64,000 nucleotides of DNA from an uncultured candidate division Zixibacteria bacterium (GTDB lineage: Bacteria; Zixibacteria; MSB-5A5; UBA10806): the NCBI GenBank assembly GCA_963817915.1, contig CAWFQL010000003.1:64001-128000 (forward strand), written 5' to 3'. Positions 50,004 to 61,555 of the stretch are shown piece after piece. The translations under genes and the position numbers were made by a program. Each line of letters opens with the position of its first letter. Position 1 is the first letter of the stretch. The notes under the pieces were generated by a model that saw only the letters and a list, made by a program, of their open reading frames with translations, had not been told where the DNA came from and did no database searches.

Positions 50004-50780
50004 TTATAAGATTGCCCGAAGTTTCAAGACGTCCTTTTCTTTGCAGGAATCCATGCATTCGAGGCAATTGGTGCAATCCTTGTGTCTTATGACCTGGTGT
50101 TGATGAACTGGAATATCGTGAATGCAAGCTTGAGAGCATTTCCCGCATGATGTACAACTGGAATTGTCTCGCGTGATTTTTACCAGTCCGAGCCTGCTGA
50201 AGGGATCGAATATCGCTCCCATGGGGCAGAGATAACGGCAAAATGCCATCGGGATAACAAAAACCCCGACCACAATAACGCCCGTGACTAAAATTGAAAT
50301 CAATCCGGCGCTGCCGTGTCCAAAGCCGGAGAATATCAGGTAAAAGGGATCGTATCCCCGCAAGACCAATTCGCCTGTCTTGTAAGTAAAATATAGCGCG
50401 AATATCAGAACAGGATAACGGATGAATTTCAGAGCGGAATCGATTTTGCGATTTATCCGGGGCCGCTTTTTCCAGGTGACTCCACCCAGCCTTCCAAGCA
50501 ATTCGCTCAAAAACCCAATCGGACAAGCCCAGCCGCAAAATGATTTTTTGACAATCAAAACAAGCGCGAGCATTGCCAGCATCAGCGAAAGATTGAGAGG
50601 TCCGAGGGCGCAGGAAAATTCACCAGCCTTAATGAGTCCCCAAAGGCTTTCCGCTCCCCCGAAGGGACAGTAATCCTCAAAGGATCGGCTTCCAAAGCCC
50701 AGCGCCAAATAGATAACTATCCCTAATATCAATGTCATTAAGGTGTAGCGAATGTATCTGCTCTTGATCGAAGTCATCAA
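50004..50780 (-). CDS. Membrane polyferredoxin (NapH/MauN/YccM-like 4Fe-4S binding protein)
   Basis: YCPFG, FCGWACPIG, FCRYLCPMG, CTSCGKCSQAC and CTNCLECMDSC; several TMs. Confidence 0.88.
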   Translation of the reverse strand: MMTSIKSRYIRYTLMTLILGIVIYLALGFGSRSFEDYCPFGGAESLWGLIKAGEFSCALGPLNLSLMLAMLALVLIVKKSFCGWACPIGFLSELLGRLGGVTWKKRPRINRKIDSALKFIRYPVLIFALYFTYKTGELVLRGYDPFYLIFSGFGHGSAGLISILVTGVIVVGVFVIPMAFCRYLCPMGAIFDPFSRLGLVKITRDNSSCTSCGKCSQACIHDIPVHQHQVIRHKDCTNCLECMDSCKEKDVLKLRAIL

Positions 50781-50960
50781 ATTATCCCCTTATTAAGTTG
50801 CCGGCCTCCGCACCTTTTTGAATTCCGCAAAGCGGAAAATTATTTCAACGTATATGTGTTATGGATGTTCCATAAGGGTGGAAAATAATACTATCAATTC
50901 CCACCCGACAGCAGGGTAGCTTGGTGAAGTTAGATTTTTCGCGACGCGAAGAAATCGAAT

Positions 50961-52364
50961 CTACAAATTCTGCCCGATATGCCTCTTGATGAATTTCCCG
51001 TGGCCAATTTCGCCGACGAATTTGCCCTTTTGAGCCACTATTTTCCCGCGGCTGATAGTCGTATCGGGGTAGCCGGTCAGCTTGAAATTCTCGAATGGCG
51101 ACCAGTCGCAATTGGTCTGCAGATTCTTATGAGACAATGTCACTTTTCTCAGCGGATCGAAAATCACCAGATCAGCATCGGAGCCGACTGCGATCGTGCC
51201 TTTCTCAGGGTATAGTCCCATCAGCTTGGCGGGATTGGTGCAGAGATTTTTCACAAGCTGTGATTCAGTGATCCGTTTCTTGCCAACTCCATAGCTGTAC
51301 ATCAACGGTAGCAACGTTTCCACACCAGGCAGTCCGAATGGGATTTTCGTGAAATCACCCTGCCACATTGCCTTTTGCTTGGTCGTAAACGTGCAGGTAT
51401 CGGTCGCGATAGTCGAAATATCACCATCGGCAATCGCCTGCCATAATCTATCGGAATCTACTTTTTTCTTAATCTGCGGGCAGGTCGCGTAGAGATGGCC
51501 GTTCGGTTTTTTGAAAACTGAATTGTCTAAAAGCAGATACTGCGGGCAGGTCTCGGCATAGACATTCAGGCCGCGCGCCTTGGCCTTTTTGATAATCTCA
51601 GCGCCTTCGGCCGTTGACATATGTACGATATACAATTTGCCATTAGTCGCTTCGGCCCAGGTAACCGCGCGCTGGATTGCCTCGGCCTCGACATAATTAG
51701 GCCTTGAAAGCACATGGGCATAGGCGCCATGTTTTTTCATATCTTTCGGATTATGGAAACGGTTGATCAGCAAATCCAAAACCCTGACCGATTCAGCATG
51801 CACTCCGACCATTCCGCCGAAAGAGCCCGTCTCCTCCAATGCGTCAAAAAGCGCGTCGTCGTCGCTGATCATCCCTTCCTTGGCGTAAATCATAAACATC
51901 TTGAATGTGGTAAAACCATCGGCGGCGAGCTTCTTTAATTCGCCTTTGGTTTTGTCATTCCAGTCTGTTGGCACGGCATGCAATGAATAATCGATAGCGA
52001 CTTTGCCATCAGCTTCGGCCATTCTGGAATCGACTGCCTCTCTGATAGTCTTGCCTTTTTTCTGAATGGCGAAATCGATAACGGTAGTTACTCCGCCGCA
52101 GGCTGCCGCCTTAGTGCCGTTCTCGAAATCGTCCGCAGACACTGTTCCGCAAAATGGCAACTGCAAGTGGACATGAACATCGATCGCGCCCGGGAAGATG
52201 ACCATTCCTTTGGCGTCGATTGTCTTCTTAGCATCGCCGGGAAGCGACTGCGCTATGGCCTTGATTCTCCCTTTTTCGATACCGATATCGGCTCTGTAGC
52301 TTCCCTCGGTCGTGACAATTTTTCCGCCGGTAATTTTTAGATCCATTGTTCCTCCATTGGTCAA
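50961..52364 (-). CDS. hydA: Dihydropyrimidinase
   Basis: PGAIDVHVH, GGVTTVIDF, VHAE, YIVHMS, ETCPQYL and DFTKIP.G.PG motifs; operon context. Confidence 0.92.
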   Translation of the reverse strand: MTNGGTMDLKITGGKIVTTEGSYRADIGIEKGRIKAIAQSLPGDAKKTIDAKGMVIFPGAIDVHVHLQLPFCGTVSADDFENGTKAAACGGVTTVIDFAIQKKGKTIREAVDSRMAEADGKVAIDYSLHAVPTDWNDKTKGELKKLAADGFTTFKMFMIYAKEGMISDDDALFDALEETGSFGGMVGVHAESVRVLDLLINRFHNPKDMKKHGAYAHVLSRPNYVEAEAIQRAVTWAEATNGKLYIVHMSTAEGAEIIKKAKARGLNVYAETCPQYLLLDNSVFKKPNGHLYATCPQIKKKVDSDRLWQAIADGDISTIATDTCTFTTKQKAMWQGDFTKIPFGLPGVETLLPLMYSYGVGKKRITESQLVKNLCTNPAKLMGLYPEKGTIAVGSDADLVIFDPLRKVTLSHKNLQTNCDWSPFENFKLTGYPDTTISRGKIVAQKGKFVGEIGHGKFIKRHIGQNL

Positions 52365-52371
52365 ATTGCTA

Positions 52372-53599
52372 TTATGCCGCCACTAACGAAACACAGTCCC
52401 AAACAGGGCATACCTGAACACAAAGCGAGCATCCTGTGCATTTCTGCTTGTCGACTTTCGGAATCCTGTCCGCGCCGGATGATATCGCCTGATAGCCGGC
52501 GTCGCGGCAAGAGACCACGCAGCGATCGCATTTTACGCAGGCTGATTCGTTGATCGATGAGACCAATCGCTTTTTTCGTTCGAGCCCTATATGGTCGGTT
52601 AGTTTCGGCAATGATTTTCCAACAAAATCCTTTATCGTTCCGAAGTCATGGTCTTCCATGAATCCGGAAAGCCCTTCTTTCAATTCATCGATAATCCCGA
52701 AACCGCGAAACATGACCGCCGTGCAGATTTGTAACGACGATGCTCCCAGCAGAATAAATTCCGCGGCATCGCTCCAGGTCTCGATTCCCGCCGATACCCG
52801 AAATAGGTACATGCAATTCCGAGGCTATATTAGCCACCGCCTTCAACGCGATCGGCTTGATGGCCGGACCGGAATATCCGCCGTGAGTACTCTTGCCGAA
52901 GACATTCGGGTAGGGAGTCAATGTTTCCAAATCGATACCCGTGATAACGGCTACAGTATTAATCGCCGAAATTGCATCGGCGCCGCCATCGACAGCCGCG
53001 CGAGCCGGGACTCGGATATCGGTTATATTGGGTGTCATCTTGGCAATCACCGGAATCGTGCAGGCCTGCTTTACCCATGATGTCGCCGTCTTGACGATTT
53101 CCGGATTCTGTCCGATAGCGGCCCCCATCCCTTTTTCGGGCATTCCATGGGGACATGAGAAATTGAGCTCCAGCATATCTGCTCCAGCCGCCTGGCACAT
53201 CCTAGCCAACTCCTGCCAGCCGGTCTTGTCTTTGCCGCCCGCCATGATACTGGCGATTAGCAGATGCTTGGGATAGCTTTTCTTGATATCCTCGATCTCT
53301 TTCAGCCAGATATTCAACGGCCTATCGGTTATCAATTCGATATTTTGAAGGCCATACAGCTTTTTGGCCTCATCGCTTTTTCCGGGGAACGACAGCGATG
53401 CCAGCCGCGGAGTGACATTGGCCATGAGATCGCGGTCATGCCCCAATGTCTTAGTGACCGCCCCGCCCCATCCGGCCTCGAACGCTCTTTTGATCATCTC
53501 GCCCGTTCCGGTCGGCGGCGCGGATGATAGCATGAACGGGTTCATCATTTCGAAGCCGCAGAAATTGGTTTTGAGATCTATCTTTTTTGCGATTCTCAT
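52372..53599 (-). CDS. preA: NAD-dependent dihydropyrimidine dehydrogenase subunit PreA (frameshift near 52790)
   Basis: SAPPT, GWGGAVTKT, NIELI, ELNFSCPHG and KMTPN motifs. ISGIGG/IETW.DA and the C-terminal ferredoxin join after removing one base. Confidence 0.9.
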
Positions 53600-54925
53600 G
53601 TCGATCCTCCCTTGCCGGATCCTTGTGTTGTCCGATTTTTCAGGTATTCGTCTATTCCATGAGCCGCGCGTCTTCCCTCGGCCACAGCCTGAACCGCCGT
53701 CGCCCCGCCATTGACCGCATCGCCTCCCGCGTAAATGCCCGGCATGGATGTCGCGCCTGTTTCTTTATCTATAACAACCAGGCCGCGTGAATCTGTTTTT
53801 ATTTTATCGATTTCTTTAAATGTCGCTCCCTGGCCTATTGCCAGAAGAACATCATCCACCATTATTTCCTCGTCGGAGCCATCTATAATGACAGGTATAG
53901 GACGGCCTGATTTGTCGGGTTCGCCCGGTTTGGTCTTTTTGAATATCGCCTTGATTTCGCCGTCATGTATCTGGAATTTCGAGGGTGCATAATTGAATTT
54001 AAAAATCACGCCGGATTTTTTCGCCGAATCAATTTCCGATTTGAATGCCGGCATATCCGTCTCGCCGCGCCTGTAATAAATCCTTACATTCACTCCGGAA
54101 ATTCGTGCGCTTTGGGCGGCATCGATAGCGGTATTGCCTCCGCCGATGACGATCACATTTTTGCCAAGAGTAATTACAGGCGGCTTATCGTGCAATTCCG
54201 CGATCCTGCGATCCTTGAGAAATGTAACCGCTTGATAAATATGTTCGAGATGAGCGCCTTCGATATCAAGATCAATAGGCTTGTATGCTCCAACTCCGAT
54301 AAATATGGCATCATGTTTTGCTTGAATTTCGGCCAGGCTATTTATTTTGGAATTCGTGATAATCTTGGCTCCCATGGCCTTTATATATTCGATTTCATCG
54401 TTGACAATTTCTCGATTGAGGCGATATGATGGTATCCCGTATGTCAAAATCCCTCCCGGCAGATCTTCAGCTTCGTGGATTTCAACATTATATCCCAGAC
54501 GGCACAACTCGAATGCCGCCGCAAGCCCCGCCGGGCCCGAGCCGATTACTCCGACTGACATTCCGTTAGGCTCATCCGCTGACAGCAGGCTCATGCCTTG
54601 TTGCCTGTCATATTCGGCAACAAATCTCTGCAATGCCCCAATCTCGATCGGCTTTCTGCATTTTGGTGGTGCAGCGAAATTCGCAAAGCTCGCCGACCGG
54701 GCAAATCAAGGCGCATGTTCCGGCCAGGACATTATATTCGCGGACAGTCTTTATCGCCCCGCGAAAATTTCGCTGGGCTATCTGACGAATGAATTTAACT
54801 ATATCATTCGATGCCGGACAGCCATCGCGGCAGGGTGCGTCATTGCACGATAGACAACGCGAAGCCTCGGCCACCGCCTCCTGAGGAGTCAGGAGCGGAG
54901 GATGATGATCATTCTCAGATGCCAT
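53596..54925 (-). CDS. preT: Dihydropyrimidine dehydrogenase subunit PreT (GltD-like; frameshift near 54652)
   Basis: EASRCL.C.DAPC..CP N-terminus; GSGPAGL, GGGNTAID and AGGD motifs; adjacent to preA. Confidence 0.88.
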
Positions 54926-54937
54926 TTCAGCCTTGTA

Positions 54938-56233
54938 TTATGCGACCTTTTTAAATACCGAATCGAGAATCGCCAACGCCTTATCAATATCGCCGGTTTC
55001 GATATTGAGCGGGGGAGTGATTCTAAGGACATTGCCGTATAATCCGCCCTTGCCGATTAAAAGTCCGGCTTCTTTCGTCAATTCGAATATCTTCACGACT
55101 GTATCGGAGTCGGGTATCTTCTTATCGCCGACAATCTCGACACCGATCATCAGTCCCATCCCGCGAACATCGCCGATCTTCTTATATTTCTTTTGCATTT
55201 GACGAAGCGCGCCGAAGAAATAATCACCATTCTTGGCAACACGGTCGAGAAGCTTCTCATTCTCCACAACCTCGATTGTCGCCAGCGCCGCTGTGCAAGA
55301 AACCGGATTTCCGCCGAATGTCGAAATCGAAAGGCCGGTCATCGAAGCCGCCACTTCCGGCGTGGCAATTGTCCCGCCGATCGGGAAACCGTTGGCCATA
55401 CCCTTGGCGAATGTCATTATCTCCGGCTCTACACCCCAATGCTCTATACCGAACATCTTGCCGCCGGTCCGTCCAAAGCCTGTTTGTACTTCATCGCAAA
55501 TAAAGACGCCGCCGTATTTTCGAATTATATCGACAGCGACTTTGAAATATTCTTTCGGGGGGGTAATAAATCCGCCGACACCCTGTATCGGTTCAGCTAT
55601 AAATCCGGCAATTTTACCGGATGTGGTTGTCTGAATCATTTCCTCTAAATCGTGGGCGCAGGCCAGATCGCAAGCCGGGTATTCGAGATGGAATGGACAT
55701 CGATAGCAATACGGATTATGAAGGTGCTTGATGCCGGGCACGGTGCTTCCCACCTGACGCCATTTGCTATGCGCTGTCAAATTCTGCGCCAGCACCGAAC
55801 GGCCGCTATAAGCGTGACGAAGCGCGATTATCTCATCGCAACCGGTGAATTTTTTGGCCGCCAGGACACCTGTTTCATCGGCTTCGGTGCCGGAATTGGT
55901 GAAGAAGCTCTGTTTTAATTTGCCGGGTGTTATCTGCGCAAGTTTCTCCGCCAGCTGAACCTGCGGAATTGTCTGATATAATGTCGATGTATGCTGAAGC
56001 TTGCCTATCTGCTCGGTTACTTTGGAATTCACATGCGGATTCGAATGCCCCAGCATGGTTGTCAATATTCCGCAAAAGAAATCGAGATATTCTTTGCCGT
56101 CGTTATCGTACACATATTGATTCTTTCCCGATTTCGCTATTATGGGCTCGGCGTAGTAATTGGCCACACAGGGCATCAGGAATTCTTTATTTTTCTTTCT
56201 AATTTCAGAGGAATCCATAAGATCATGCTCCAA
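54938..56233 (-). CDS. Class III PLP aminotransferase, probable beta-alanine aminotransferase (AGXT2-like)
   Basis: NSGTEAD, EPIQGVGG, DEVQTGFGRTG and FAKG motifs; operon context. Confidence 0.85.
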   Translation of the reverse strand: MEHDLMDSSEIRKKNKEFLMPCVANYYAEPIIAKSGKNQYVYDNDGKEYLDFFCGILTTMLGHSNPHVNSKVTEQIGKLQHTSTLYQTIPQVQLAEKLAQITPGKLKQSFFTNSGTEADETGVLAAKKFTGCDEIIALRHAYSGRSVLAQNLTAHSKWRQVGSTVPGIKHLHNPYCYRCPFHLEYPACDLACAHDLEEMIQTTTSGKIAGFIAEPIQGVGGFITPPKEYFKVAVDIIRKYGGVFICDEVQTGFGRTGGKMFGIEHWGVEPEIMTFAKGMANGFPIGGTIATPEVAASMTGLSISTFGGNPVSCTAALATIEVVENEKLLDRVAKNGDYFFGALRQMQKKYKKIGDVRGMGLMIGVEIVGDKKIPDSDTVVKIFELTKEAGLLIGKGGLYGNVLRITPPLNIETGDIDKALAILDSVFKKVA

Positions 56234-56245
56234 TCTATGTTGTCA

Positions 56246-57124
56246 TTACGGCAATAGCCGTTCCAAATCACCATAAGTTTCCGGTCTGCGGTCACGGTAG
56301 AATTGCCAGACATTGCGGACTTCCAATATCAAATCGAAATCGATTTCGGCGACTACGACTTCATCGGTATCTCGCTTGGCCTGCGCGATTATCTTGCCGC
56401 GCGGATCGCAGAAATAGCTTTTGCCGTAGAATTCGCCGATATTCCAGGGCATCTCACGACCGACACGATTAATCGCTCCGATAAAATACCCGTTGGCAAC
56501 GGCATGCGCCGGTTGTTCGAGTTCCCATAAATATTCCGAAAGCCCGGCGACTGTCGCCGATGGATTGAATACAATTTCCGCGCCATTCATTCCGAGTATA
56601 CGCGCGCCTTCCGGGAAATGACGATCATAGCAGATATAAACTCCGACCATTCCGTATTGAGTCTTGAAAACAGGATATCCCAGATTGCCGGGCTTGAAAT
56701 AGAATTTTTCCCAGAATCCCGGCTGTACATGGGGTATATGATTCTTTCTGTATTTTCCGAGATATGTGCCATCGGCGTCGATGACTGCCGCGGTATTATA
56801 GTAGACGCCCGCCATGACACTCTCATAAATCGGCACCACTATCACCATGCCATGCTTCTTGGCGACTTCCTGCATAAGCTTCGTTGTCGGGCCGTCGGGG
56901 ATTGGTTCGGTCAGGGCGTACCATTTTGTGCTTTGCTCCGCCGCGAAATATGGGCCGTAGAAAAGCTCCTGCATGCAGAGGATTTTTACATTTTTGCTGG
57001 CCGCCTGCTCGATTAGCTTTAAATGTTTTTCTATAGCGTCTTTTTTAATTTTTTCAACCGGGTCATCGATTTTAAATGGAGGGTTTATAGACTGAATCAA
57101 ACCACAGATTACTTTCCGTGCCAT
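56246..57124 (-). CDS. Nitrilase-family beta-ureidopropionase
   Basis: QELF, KYRKNHIP, EKFYF and ICYDRHFPE (E-K-C triad); operon context. Confidence 0.88.
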   Translation of the reverse strand: MARKVICGLIQSINPPFKIDDPVEKIKKDAIEKHLKLIEQAASKNVKILCMQELFYGPYFAAEQSTKWYALTEPIPDGPTTKLMQEVAKKHGMVIVVPIYESVMAGVYYNTAAVIDADGTYLGKYRKNHIPHVQPGFWEKFYFKPGNLGYPVFKTQYGMVGVYICYDRHFPEGARILGMNGAEIVFNPSATVAGLSEYLWELEQPAHAVANGYFIGAINRVGREMPWNIGEFYGKSYFCDPRGKIIAQAKRDTDEVVVAEIDFDLILEVRNVWQFYRDRRPETYGDLERLLP

Positions 57125-57144
57125 CGTGATATACCCCTTTCTTA

Positions 57145-58607
57145 TTAAAACCAGCGAGAGATAATTACTCTCTTGTCTGTATAGAATTCGACTCCATCTC
57201 GTCCGTACGCTTTCAGGTCGCCGAAGAATGATCTCTTGGTGCCGCCAAACATGAAGAACGCCATAGGCGCGGCAATACCGATATTGACTCCGATCATTGA
57301 AATCCCGGCCTCGTATTTGAATTTGCGGACATCTTTGCCGCTCGATGTGAATATCGCGGTCGCGTTGCCATACTCATTTTCATTAATCAGCTTCAATGCT
57401 TCATCGATATTTTTGACCGGCATCAGGCATGCCACCGGGCCAAATATCTCCTCGCGGGCGATTGTCATTTTGGTGGTAACATTGTCGAAAATTGTTGGGC
57501 CCACGAAATGTCCCTTGAGGTCGCCTTCAACTTTCGGCGTACGGCCATCGAGGACAAGATCCGCGCCCTCTTTGATTCCCTTTTCGATATATGAAAGAAC
57601 TCGTTCTTTGTGCTTTTGCGAGATAACCGGACCTAAGCCGATTGATTCATCGAGGCCATTGCCGATCTTGAGCTTCTTTGCGGCTTCGGCCAGCTTCTTC
57701 TTGAATGGCTCATGCACATCGCCGACTGTCAATATGACGCTGGCGGCCAGGCATCGTTCGCCGGCGCAGCCGTAGATAGAATCTATCAATGTCGCCACCG
57801 TCTTATCGAGATCGCAATCGGGCATGACAACCACGAAATTCTTGGCGCCGCCGAGAGCCTGGACTCGTTTGCCCTTGGCGGATGATTCGCGATAGACCGA
57901 TTCGGCTATCTTCGATGAGCCCACGAACGATATACCGACAACATCGGGATTGTTGATCAACGCTCTGGCGACTTCGCCATCGCCATTGACAAGATTAATC
58001 ACTCCCGGCGGGAATTTGGCCTCATCGATCAATTCGAATATTTTCTTCTGCGAAAGCGGTGTCTGTTCGGATGGTTTTACGACGAATGTATTTCCGCAAG
58101 CAACCGCCATTGGGAAAAACCATAACGGCACCATCGCTGGGAAATTGAATGGCGTTATACAGGCGAATACTCCCATCGGCTGACGGACTACATCGCAATC
58201 GATGCCGGGGGCGATATCTTCGAGATTGACTCCCTGCATCTGGGTCGGTATTCCGCAGGCGGCTTCGACATTCTCGATACCGCGTCGTCACCGAGCCGCG
58301 CGATTCGGCTATGGCCTTGCCGTTTTCTTTTGTCAAGTATTCGGGAAATCTCCTCGAAATCCCGTTCGAGCAAATCTCTCAGTTTAAAGAGATACCGCGC
58401 CCTTACGACTGCGGGCGTCAGGCGCCATTCCCTGAACGCTTTCTTGGCCGCCTTGACAGCGTCATCGACTTCGTCTTTGGTCGAAAATTTGACAATGCCT
58501 ATCTTTTCGAGGGTAGCGGGATTTATAATTTCCTGGTTATCGGATGGCGACGACTCTATCCATTTACCATTAATGTAATTTGAAGCAAAATTGAAATCAG
58601 GTTTCAT
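57145..58607 (-). CDS. mmsA: CoA-acylating (methyl)malonate-semialdehyde dehydrogenase (frameshifts near 58335 and 58288)
   Basis: ITPFNFPAM, KPSE, SFVGSS, GGAKN, GCAGERCLA and EEIFGPV motifs. The N-terminus MKPDFNF..YINGKW joins after two single-base corrections. Confidence 0.88.
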
Positions 58608-58921
58608 TGGGCCTCCATGCGCCAGAGGGTGAATACTATAATTCAATGCAAAACGGATATTACGAAATAATATCCCCCAAACCAAATGATTTTTAAGAAT
58701 TTAGCAATTATGCCCAATGAGAAATGTAATTAGTCCGAATCCATCTTGCGAGATTAAATGACATGAAAATCTGACATGAAAACTATTGGAAAGTAGCTGT
58801 GCAATCGCCCAAAAGATAAGGAATTGCAATAAAGGAAACAGCGCAAACCATTCAATTTGAGATGTTCTCTAACCTATCATAAAATCACCCTTTTACGAAG
58901 CCATTTTCCCCATCAAATCAG

Positions 58922-58950
58922 TTGAAATTATTGCCGGTTTCATGTATAAT
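58922..58950 (+). promoter_or_regulatory. Sigma-70 promoter of gyrA
   Basis: TTGAAA-N17-TATAAT. Confidence 0.65.
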
Positions 58951-59040
58951 ACTTTTTTATTTCTGGCGGTGTCTGGGATCTGAATAGGCAGCGCGTGGGA
59001 ATTTATTTCTGTAATGTGCATGTAAGGAGAATAAAGATAA

Positions 59041-61495
59041 ATGCCACTCGAATCTGAGAAAATACTACCAGTCTATATCGAAGATGAAATGAAATCTTCC
59101 TATATCGACTACTCCATGTCGGTCATCACCAACCGCGCTTTGCCTGATGTCCGCGATGGTTTGAAGCCGTCCAATCGGCGCATCATGGTCGCTATGAACG
59201 ATCTCAATCTAGCGCCCAATCGTCCCCACAGGAAATGCGCCAAGATCGCGGGCGATACGTCGGGCAACTACCATCCCCATGGCGAACAGGTTGTCTATCC
59301 GACATTGGTGAGAATGGCGCAGGATTTCAATATGCGCTACCTGCTGGTCGATGGCCAGGGCAACTTCGGCTCTATCGATGGTGACTCGGCGGCGGCGATG
59401 AGGTACACCGAGGCCCGTCTGACCCCGATGTCGATGGAGATGATTACCGATCTCGAAAAAAATACCGTCAATATGATCCCCAACTACGACGAGACCCGCG
59501 AAGAGCCAACTGTACTACCGTCGAAATTCCCGAATCTGATTTGCAATGGCTCATCCGGTATCGCGGTCGGTATGGCGACCAATATCCCCCCCCATAATCT
59601 AACTGAGGCTGTCGAGGCGCTATGCGCGCTGATCGATACTCCCGAAATGTCTGTCATGGATGTCCTGAATTATATTAAGGGCCCGGATTTTCCGACCGGC
59701 GGATTGATTTTCGGTATTTCCGGTATGAAGCAAGGATATTTGACCGGCCGGGGTAGATTTTATGTCAGAGCCAGGGCCAATGTCGAGGTCCAGAAGAACG
59801 GCCGCGAAAGCATTATTGTCAGTGAAATCCCATATCAGATCAATAAATCGAATCTTCTGGAAAAGATCGCCGAATTAGTGCGCGATAAGCGGCTTGAAGG
59901 TATTTCCGACCTGCGCGATGAATCCGATCGCGACGGTATGAGGATCGTAATCGAGCTCAAGAAAGATATCCAGGCTGATATAGTTTTGAATCAGCTTTTC
60001 AAGCTTACCCAAATGCAAGCGACATTCGGAATGATTACCCTGGCGTTGGTCAAGGGTCAGCCGCGTGTTTTGAATATCAAAGAGCTTCTACAGAATTTCA
60101 TAGACCATCGCCATGAAGTGGTCGAACGGCGCACCCGTTTCGATCTAGCCGAGGCCGAGAAGCGCGCTCATATACTCGAAGGTTACAAAATCGCATTAGA
60201 TAATCTCGATGCCGTTATTGCTCTTATCAGAAAATCGAAAGACCCGGCCGAGGCCAAAGATTGGCCTTGTAACCAGATTCAAACTATCCGAAATCCAGGC
60301 CCAGGCGATTCTGGATCTCCGTTTGCAGAGACTAACCGGCCTCGAACGCGATAAGATTATCGAAGAATACGAAGCCACCATAAAGTTAATCGCCGAGCTC
60401 AATGAGATACTAGCGTCCAAACAGCGCCGTATGCAGATTATCAAAGACGAACTCAATGATATGAAAGAAAAATTCGGCGATGCCCGCCGTTCGGTGATAA
60501 TTGAAGAAGATATCGATGATGATTTCACAATTGAAGATTTAATCGCCGAAGAGGATATGATAGTCACGATCTCCCATGCGGGGTATATCAAACGGCTTTC
60601 AATATCTGCTTACAAGAAGCAATCGCGCGGCACCAAGGGCGTTATCGGCATGGAAACAAAGGAAGAGGATTTCGTGGAGCATATGTTTGTGGCATCCACT
60701 CATAACTATATCCTTTTCTTCACTCGCCGCGGCAAATGCTACTGGTTGAAAGTCCACGAGATTCCACAGGGCGGAAGGCTCGCCAAGGGAAAAGCGATTA
60801 TCAATTTAATAGGCATTGATAAGGATGACACTATTACCGCCTTCGTGCCAGTCAAAAATTTCGAAGCCGGCGGATTTATAACGCTGGCCACTCAAACCGG
60901 ACAGATCAAGAAGACCGAGCTTTCCGCATTCTCCAACCCCCGCCGCGATGGCATTATCGCGGTCACACTGCCCGAAGACGATTTCTTGATCGGCGCGGAG
61001 CTTTCCGATGGCAATTGCGATATAATCCTGGCCACTCGCCGGGGACAGGCGATAAGATTCCCCGAAAACACTGTCCGGGCCATGGGCCGAACCGCTTACG
61101 GAGTTCGAGGCATAACTCTCGAAGAAGGCGACTATGCTATCGGTATGGTTGTTGTCAAGAGGGAGTCAACCTTGCTGACAGTCTGCGAAAATGGCCACGG
61201 GAAAAGATCCGATATCGCCGATTACCGAATAACCAATAGAGGCGGCAAAGGGGTTATCAATATCAGAGTGTCCGAGCGAAATGGTGAAGTAGTCGCTGTC
61301 AAAGAAGTTGTCGATGACGACGAGCTTCTCTTAATCACCCAACGAGGCATAGTCAATCGTCTTGCGATCAGTTCGATCCGTTCCATAAGCAGGGCAACCC
61401 AGGGAGTCCGCCTGATGGGCCTCGATTCCGGCGATAAGGTAATCGATGTTGCCCGTGTACCGGCCGGCGAGAAATTGGGCGATAACGGCGAATAA
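59041..61495 (+). CDS. gyrA: DNA gyrase subunit A (frameshift near 60260)
   Basis: [24 protein letters not shown] (catalytic Tyr), GyrA-box-like QSRGTKG and pinwheel repeats. Confidence 0.95.
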
Positions 61496-61516
61496 ATTTA
61501 GATTTATATGAATATT

Positions 61517-61547
61517 AGCCCCGTTCACTATTGAGCGGGGCTTTTTT
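61517..61547 (+). terminator. Intrinsic terminator after gyrA
   Basis: AGCCCCG..CGGGGCT followed by a T-run. Confidence 0.85.
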
Positions 61548-61555
61548 GTCGGCTC

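Noticed and set aside
49633..50538. 301-aa ORF as a single gene
   Set aside because: Its first two-thirds overlap the polyferredoxin gene out of frame; only the last ~100 codons belong to the frameshifted HMA-like gene.
52372..61495. Pseudogenes or programmed frameshifts in preA, preT, mmsA and gyrA
   Set aside because: No shared slippery sites and no other decay; gyrA is essential. Sequencing indels are the simpler explanation.
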